Below, in pieces: positions 58,143 to 64,000 of a stretch of DNA of 64,000 nt (positions are counted from its first letter, which is position 1; every line of letters begins with the position of its first letter). The notes below the pieces were generated by a model. That model did no database searches and was not told where the DNA came from. It saw nothing but the letters and a program-made list of their open reading frames with translations. Made by a program: the position numbers and the translations under genes. The stretch covers positions 2,304,001 to 2,368,000 of the forward strand of contig CAVWVQ010000003.1 of NCBI GenBank assembly GCA_963758525.1, read 5' to 3'. Source of the DNA: an uncultured Phycisphaerales bacterium. GTDB taxonomy: Bacteria; Planctomycetota; Phycisphaerae; Tepidisphaerales; Tepidisphaeraceae.

Positions 58143-59716
58143 CTATTTTTCAAGAGACCAGTCATCGGTGCGGAATGGCGATGCCGGAAGATCCGCCTTG
58201 TTGAACAGATTCACGTCCGGCATGTTCGCCCATCCGAAGCGGACCGCTGCCGGATTTGGAACCGCATCGCTCGTGACAACGACAGTTTCCCCATCGATCG
58301 CAGCCGTTGCGGGAACGAATTTCCGGTCTTCCCCCGCAATGGTGAAGCCTTTGAGTGCGCCTCCCTTGGCAACGAGTCCTCCGCCCAAATGGGTGAATGA
58401 AAGGATCGCACGGCTTCCCTCGAATTTGACTGACTCGATGAGCGGGCCAGAGTATTCGATCTTTTCCCCATAGGCCAGCACCGCGCCGCCAGCGCGAGTC
58501 GCGCTCCGACCGGCTCCTTCTGCGGCGGGTGAATGTTTTCAGACCCGTGGTCGGTGATGACGACCATCGCGGTTTGGGGCGTCTTCTTCCAGGTCAGGAG
58601 CTGCGCCTCGCGAAGCTGCGGAGACATCGTCGGCTGCGGCGCAATCTGAACGAACAGGAACGGAAAATCCCCTTCGCCCCAGGCCTTGCGCCAGTCGGCG
58701 ATCAGCGCGGGAAAGAGCGTGCGGTACAGCGCCGCCTGTCCATTGTTCGATTCGCCCTGGTACCAGATGACGCCGCGCATCGCGTAAGGTTCCAGCGGCG
58801 CGATCATCGCGTTGTACAGCGTCGTCGGCCCCGCTCCGGTGGGATTTGCCGGCGCGGCCGGAGCGCGCGGCGCTGGCTTGCCTTCCTGCTTCGCCTTCTC
58901 CACGGCCGCCTCATAGTCCTTCATCAGCTCGGCCTTCTGCTGCTTAAATTGCTCGAGCTTCGCGGGATAATCCTTGATCGCCTGCTCGTGTGCCGCCAGA
59001 AGCGCCGCAAGCCGCGGGTCCGCCTCCAAGCCCGCGCGGCTCGTCCAATCCTCGGCGACCGTGCCTCCGACAGAAGTGTGTATCAATCCAATCGGAATAT
59101 TGAGCGCTCGATAGAGATCCCGGCCGAAGAAATACCCAACGGCGGTGAAGTTGGCGACCGTCTCCGGAGAGCAGACCACCCAGTCACCCTTTACTTCCGA
59201 AAGCGGCGACGCCGATCGGCGATGCTCCACGGTGAAGCAGCGAATCTGCGGGTAGTTCGCTTCGGCTACGTGCTTCTCCCAGTCTTCTATCAATGGCTGC
59301 GGCGGGCGCGGTCCCAGTTGCCGCTCCATGTTCGACTGTCCGCTGCAGATCCAAACCTCGCCCACCAGCACGTCGTCGAGCGTAACGGTGTTTTCGCCCT
59401 TGATCGTCATTGTGAACGGCCCGCCCGCCGCGATCGGCTTGAGCCGCACCGTCCACTTTCCCTCTTTCGCTGTCGTCGATGCCGTCTGCCCCGCGAAGTC
59501 CACCTCGATCTGTTCGCCCTCATTCGCCGAACCCCAGACAGGCACCTCCATACCCTGCTGAATGACGGCGTGACTCACGAACAAGCTCCCGGGAACGACC
59601 TTCCCGTGCGCCATCCCTCCAGTCACCAGCAGCAGCAGCGCCAAACTGCGCAGCAGGGTATCCGGTGCAACAATTCGGTTCTCACGCGCTACGGCAGTGC
59701 GATGCCAAGATATCAC
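58143..59716 (-). CDS. Sialate O-acetylesterase (SASA/SGNH) family esterase (frameshift near 58482; start uncertain)
   Basis: GEVWICSGQSNM, WYQGESN, IHP, PASPFRTD. Confidence 0.92.
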
Positions 59717-59853
59717 TGAGATTCCTCCATTAGGATCCGTAGGTTACCATCTTTCTTTTTGCTTTGGTCACTCCGGTCGCCGCCACATGCCAATCACCCG
59801 CGCCCTACCTCTTATCCCAACTATCTGCATAATAGACTACAGGAAGGAACGCC

Positions 59854-60522
59854 ATGGCAAATCTGAACTCGGTTTTGAACGAACGAATCGCTCGACTTTC
59901 CCGCAAGGAAATTAAATCACAGACCGGCCCGGCGCGCCGACTGGTGCTGCAGCATCGCCGGGACATTGCCGTCCTCAAGCGCATCGTCGGAGCCCTGCAG
60001 AAACGTCTCGCCAGCGTCGAGAAGGTCGCGACGAAAGTCGTTGGCAGCGAGCCGGCGCCGCAGTTGCCCGACAAAACCAGGTTCCGCGTTGACGGGTTGA
60101 TTGCCCATCGCAAGCGCCTCGAACTTTCCGCCGAGAACTATGGAAAGCTCGTGGGGGTCACTGGGCTGACTGTTTACGCCTGGGAGTCCAGAAAGTCGCG
60201 CCCGCGCGACGCACAGCTTGCCAAACTGTTCAGCATCCGCGGAATCGGCAAGCGCGAAGCTGAACGGCGCCTGGAGTTGCTGGGCGCCAAGCCCGGCTCC
60301 CGCCGCGCCGGGCGCAGCGCCGCCGGGCAGACCGCCGAGGAGTTCGTTCGCGAGCTGCTCAAGACCAAATCCGCCACCACCAGCAGCCAGATCAACATCG
60401 CCTGGAAATCCAGCGGCCGCCCCGGGAACGCCGACAACACCCTGAGCCTGATGACCCGCGCCGGAAAGCTCCGCCGCGAAAAGCTCAAAGACGGGCGCGG
60501 AAGCAGCTACAGCGTGAAGTGA
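59854..60522 (+). CDS. Coiled-coil plus XRE HTH protein with an extra C-terminal winged-helix-like domain
   Basis: RKRLELSAENYGKLVGVTGLTVYAWESRKSRPR. Confidence 0.82.
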   Translation: MANLNSVLNERIARLSRKEIKSQTGPARRLVLQHRRDIAVLKRIVGALQKRLASVEKVATKVVGSEPAPQLPDKTRFRVDGLIAHRKRLELSAENYGKLVGVTGLTVYAWESRKSRPRDAQLAKLFSIRGIGKREAERRLELLGAKPGSRRAGRSAAGQTAEEFVRELLKTKSATTSSQINIAWKSSGRPGNADNTLSLMTRAGKLRREKLKDGRGSSYSVK

Positions 60523-60548
60523 GCGACCAATCCCGTGTTATCGGACTA

Positions 60549-60590
60549 TACCCTTATTACTACCCTTATTAGAGGGTATATACCCTTATT
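60549..60590. repeat. Three TACCCTTATT direct repeats with one inverted unit
   Basis: Copies at 60549, 60561 and 60581; agggta at 60573. Confidence 0.75.
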
Positions 60591-61635
60591 CGCCGACACG
60601 CTCCCAGCGTGCCCCCGCGCCGTGTCCGAACGACCGTAACTCATTATTAGCCTTCATTTTCCGCAGCAAGGTGCGGATCCAATCGCGACCGACACCGGGA
60701 CACGCTGACTCAAGGTCGGCAACCCGGAAACTGCCCGCCTGTCGCCCGATCGCGTCACGGATCATGGCGGCCTTGGCTCCCATCGGTTCGGCCGTATCCC
60801 CCACCCGCCGCTCGAATTCCACATACGCCTGCTTGAGAATCCACAGCGTATAGTTCACGAACGGCCACGGATTATGCTGGCCCTCATGCCATCCAACGGA
60901 GCTTTGCTGCAACGTCTCATAGTAGCGCTCCTTGTTCTGCTCGATTACACGTTCCAGGCTGATATATCTGCCCACCTCCGCGCCTGAGTGATAGCACAAC
61001 AGGAGCATCAGCAGCCGCGACGTTCGCCCATTCCCGTCTCGAAACGGATGGATGCACAGAAAGTCCAGGACAACTCCTGCCATCAGCACCAGTGGGCTGA
61101 TCCGCCGGTCTTCGACGAGCTCGCGATGCCGGCTCACCAGTTCCGCGATCGCCGCCTCGGTCGCCCCACCTGCTTCCACCGGCATGAAACGCACGCGGTC
61201 CGGCTGGCCCGGCCGCCGTTCGATAATCGGATCGCTACGCTGCTTATATTGGCCTGCATCCCAGATGTCGCCCCGAATCAACCGATGCAACCGGAGTATC
61301 GTTTCCTCATTCATTGCCAGCTGCGCGCACCGAGGAGTGGATCAGATCCAAGGCCAGCCGATATCCGTTCACCTCCTCCTCATCTCGGTCTCTAAATGCG
61401 GGCGCGCCGAACACCAGTGTCCCCAGCCGGCTTGCGTCTACCTCCACCCCCTCGATTCGGTTTGAGGACTGCGCGCTTTCGATCAGCGCGTGTTCGCGCA
61501 GCGCCGCCAGCTTCTGGGGGGACTGCGCGCAAATAACTCCTGCATTCCCACGGCGCGTCCGAGTTCCTCCACCGACCAGGTGGTTCCCACCGGTACAGTC
61601 GCGCCGTCGTTTGACCATTGCCGAAGCGTCATCAT
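60586..61635 (-). CDS. Fic-family protein (two frameshifts, near 61527 and 61325)
   Basis: Canonical HPFRDGNGRTSR; IESAQSSNRIEG; N-terminus MMTLRQW..GMQELF read manually. Confidence 0.87.
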
Positions 61636-61713
61636 TCAGAAAGCTTCCTCTCGCCGCTACGAGTATCACAGTGCGATAGTCCCGTACACCCCTGCACGCC
61701 TCCCCGCATGTCC

Positions 61714-63501
61714 TCAGCGCCGCTGGGCGCTGCCTTGGGCGCTCGACAGGTTCCTGGCCGAATTGATCAATCCGATGTGGGAGAAGGCCTGGGGGAAGTT
61801 CCCCATCAGCCGGCCGCTCGTCGGATTGTATTCTTCGGAGAGCAAACCGGCGTCGTTGCGCAAGCCAAGCAGGCGCTCGAAGAGCTGCTCCGCCTCGGCG
61901 GCTCTTCCCGCCAGCATGAGGTTGTCGACGAGCCAGAAAGTGCAGATGAGAAACGCCCCTTCGCCGCCGGGCAAACCATCCACGCCGCTTGCGGTTGGAT
62001 ACCGCGCCACAAAACCTTCCTGCAGCAACTGGCGTTGAATCAAGTCGATGGTGCCGATGATTCTCGGATCGGTCGCGGGCAGAAACCCGACCAGCGGCAG
62101 CATCAGCAGGCTCGCATCGGGATCCTTCGACCCGTAATACTGCACAAACGAATTCAACTCCCGGTCAAAGCCGGATTCGCACACCTGCGCATGAATCGCA
62201 TCCCGAGCCGCCCGCCATTGCTCAACGTTCCCGGTGTGGTTGAAATGCTCGACGGTCTTGACGGCACGATCCATTGCCACCCACGCCATGACTTTCGAGT
62301 GCGTGAACTGCCGGGCCGGCCCGCGGATCTCCCAGATCCCGCGGTCGGGTTCTTGCCAATGCTTCTGGAGGTAATCCACCAGGTTCTGCTCCAGCCGCCA
62401 CATGTCGTCGCTCTCGTGCAGCCCCAGCTTTCGCGATTGAAACATCGCATCCGCCACCTCCCCGTACACATCAATCTGCCGCTGGCGAAACGCCGCATTC
62501 CCCACGCGCACGGGCTGGCTGCCCTCATAGCCCGCCAGCCACGGCAGCGTCAGTTCCTCCAGCCGTCGTTCGCCCGCCAGCCCATACATGATCTGCATGT
62601 CCTCGGGCGTTCCCGCCACCGCGTTCACCAGCCATTGCCGCCAGGCCTTGGCTTCATCGGAATACCCGCCCGCGTCCAATGCCATCAGCGTAAAGGTCGC
62701 GTCCCGCAGCCAGCAAAAACGATAGTCCCAGTTCCGCGGCCCACCGATCTGCTCCGGCAGCGACGTCGTTGCCGCCGCCACGATGCCTCCCGTCGGCGCA
62801 TACGTCAGCGCCTTGAGCGTGATCAGCGATCGCAGCACCGCTTCGGGCCATCGTCCTGCGTACGTGCATTGCGAAGACCAGTCGCGCCACCATCGATCCG
62901 TCTCCTCCATCGCGCTTTCCGCATCACATTCCGCCGGCTCCTCCTCGTGCGTCGGACACCATGCCAGCGTGAACGGCACCCGCTCTCCGGCCGACACGTC
63001 AAACTCCGCGCATGTCGTCATGTCCTTTCCCTGCAGCTCGACGCGCGTCCGGCAATAGACGGTATCCGGCCCCGCCGTCGCGCGGATCCCGCGCCTCTTG
63101 TCCAGTTGCCGCACCCACGGAACCGCCGATCCATAATCAAACCGCAGCACCAGCTCCATCCGCATTCGCACCCGCCCCCGCCTCCCGACAACCGTACGCA
63201 CCAGCGTCGCCGCCGACTTTCGCAACGGCATGAAATCAATCAACGTGACCGCGCCGTCTGCCGTCTCAAACTCCGTCTCAAGAATCAGCGTCCCCTGCCG
63301 ATATTGTCGCCGGATCGACGTCACTGTTCCCTGGGGCGCGATGCTCCATCGCCCGTTGTCCCGCGTCCCCAGCAGCGCCGCAAAGCACGCCCCGGAATCA
63401 AACCGCGGAAAGCAGAGCCAGTCGATCGACCCATCTTTGCCGACCAGCGCTGCTGTCTGGCAATCGCCGATCAATGCGTAGTCTTCGATGCGTGAAGCCA
63501 T
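61714..63501 (-). CDS. GH15 glycoside hydrolase (glucoamylase/trehalase-like)
   Basis: IEDYALIGD, AATTSLPE, RNWDYRFCWLRD, GIWE, GLLSEE, GNFPQAFSH. Confidence 0.95.
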   Translation of the reverse strand: MASRIEDYALIGDCQTAALVGKDGSIDWLCFPRFDSGACFAALLGTRDNGRWSIAPQGTVTSIRRQYRQGTLILETEFETADGAVTLIDFMPLRKSAATLVRTVVGRRGRVRMRMELVLRFDYGSAVPWVRQLDKRRGIRATAGPDTVYCRTRVELQGKDMTTCAEFDVSAGERVPFTLAWCPTHEEEPAECDAESAMEETDRWWRDWSSQCTYAGRWPEAVLRSLITLKALTYAPTGGIVAAATTSLPEQIGGPRNWDYRFCWLRDATFTLMALDAGGYSDEAKAWRQWLVNAVAGTPEDMQIMYGLAGERRLEELTLPWLAGYEGSQPVRVGNAAFRQRQIDVYGEVADAMFQSRKLGLHESDDMWRLEQNLVDYLQKHWQEPDRGIWEIRGPARQFTHSKVMAWVAMDRAVKTVEHFNHTGNVEQWRAARDAIHAQVCESGFDRELNSFVQYYGSKDPDASLLMLPLVGFLPATDPRIIGTIDLIQRQLLQEGFVARYPTASGVDGLPGGEGAFLICTFWLVDNLMLAGRAAEAEQLFERLLGLRNDAGLLSEEYNPTSGRLMGNFPQAFSHIGLINSARNLSSAQGSAQRR

Positions 63502-63802
63502 GGATCCTTCTCAAGGATAAATATCCCACCGAGCAAGCTCGGCGGGGGTTCGGAGTCACAGGAATCAACTGTCCGTTATCCAATGCATTTCCAGAGGCCT
63601 TCCTCCGGATCGTCTCGAACGATCGATGAATGATGATGATCTTTCGGCCGATGGCCGGCTGCGCCGCAGGCGTCACGTACTCGCCGCTGTCGCTTAAGAT
63701 GTGCCTGATAGTGCGGCTATCACCGACGCAGCGTTCGGGCTCGGATCCCGGTGAAGAACGGATTTGCCAAGGGACCAAGCGGCGCCGAAAAGTTACGCTC
63801 GG

Positions 63803-64000
63803 CTACTCGTCGACCTGCGCCAGTTCAACCTTGGCCTTGCCGACCTGCTCGAGCAGATACTTATATATCTTTTCGCGATCGGCCGCGTTGTCCGCAATGG
63901 AGGAGTCGGCGGCTTGCGATGCGAACAAAAACATTGCCAGCGGGGTGCCATCCTGTTCTTTGAGCGAAATTCCGAACTCCCCCAACATCGCGACCAGGGC
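63803..64000 (-). CDS. 3' end of an unidentified protein (5' end outside the window)
   Basis: Frame is open to the window edge with protein-like composition. Confidence 0.55.
   Translation of the reverse strand, partial: ALVAMLGEFGISLKEQDGTPLAMFLFASQAADSSIADNAADREKIYKYLLEQVGKAKVELAQVDE

Overview
GC-rich bacterial chromosome segment, most likely Planctomycetota of the Phycisphaerae/Tepidisphaerales type. That placement is inferred from an LEPR-XLL-type export motif, (A/T)TQP linkers after signal peptides and the gene content. The window holds about 60 CDSs. Housekeeping and metabolic genes include the ahcY 3' end, radA, metH, dxs, mqnC, hldE, truA and arfB. Signalling genes include a GAF-GGDEF-EAL protein, an orphan CheR next to a histidine kinase, two SpoIIE/PP2C phosphatases and a GntR regulator. 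Also present are a MoxR-DUF58 cluster, a MazEF plus ERCC4 islet, carbohydrate-active enzymes (GT2, GT4, GH43, SASA esterase, GH15) and a Fic gene. No rRNA, tRNA, CRISPR array or transposase was recognised. About 12 frameshifts, mostly single-base losses in G/C runs, look like long-read errors rather than pseudogenes. Four observations stand out. (1) A tightly coupled accessory Hsp70 operon: a giant helical/TPR-like protein, an HPPD J-protein, a GrpE-like protein, a DnaK paralog and a Zn-ribbon/TM protein. (2) At least five families of 7-11 nt tandem repeats, mostly arranged as inverted pairs, which have entered radA, truA and other ORFs in frame; several REP-like palindromes also occur. (3) A recurring leaderless-gene layout, with a -10 box 6-7 nt before the ATG. 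(4) A stand-alone copy of a GT2 C-terminal domain. All protein assignments come from motif recognition, not database searches.
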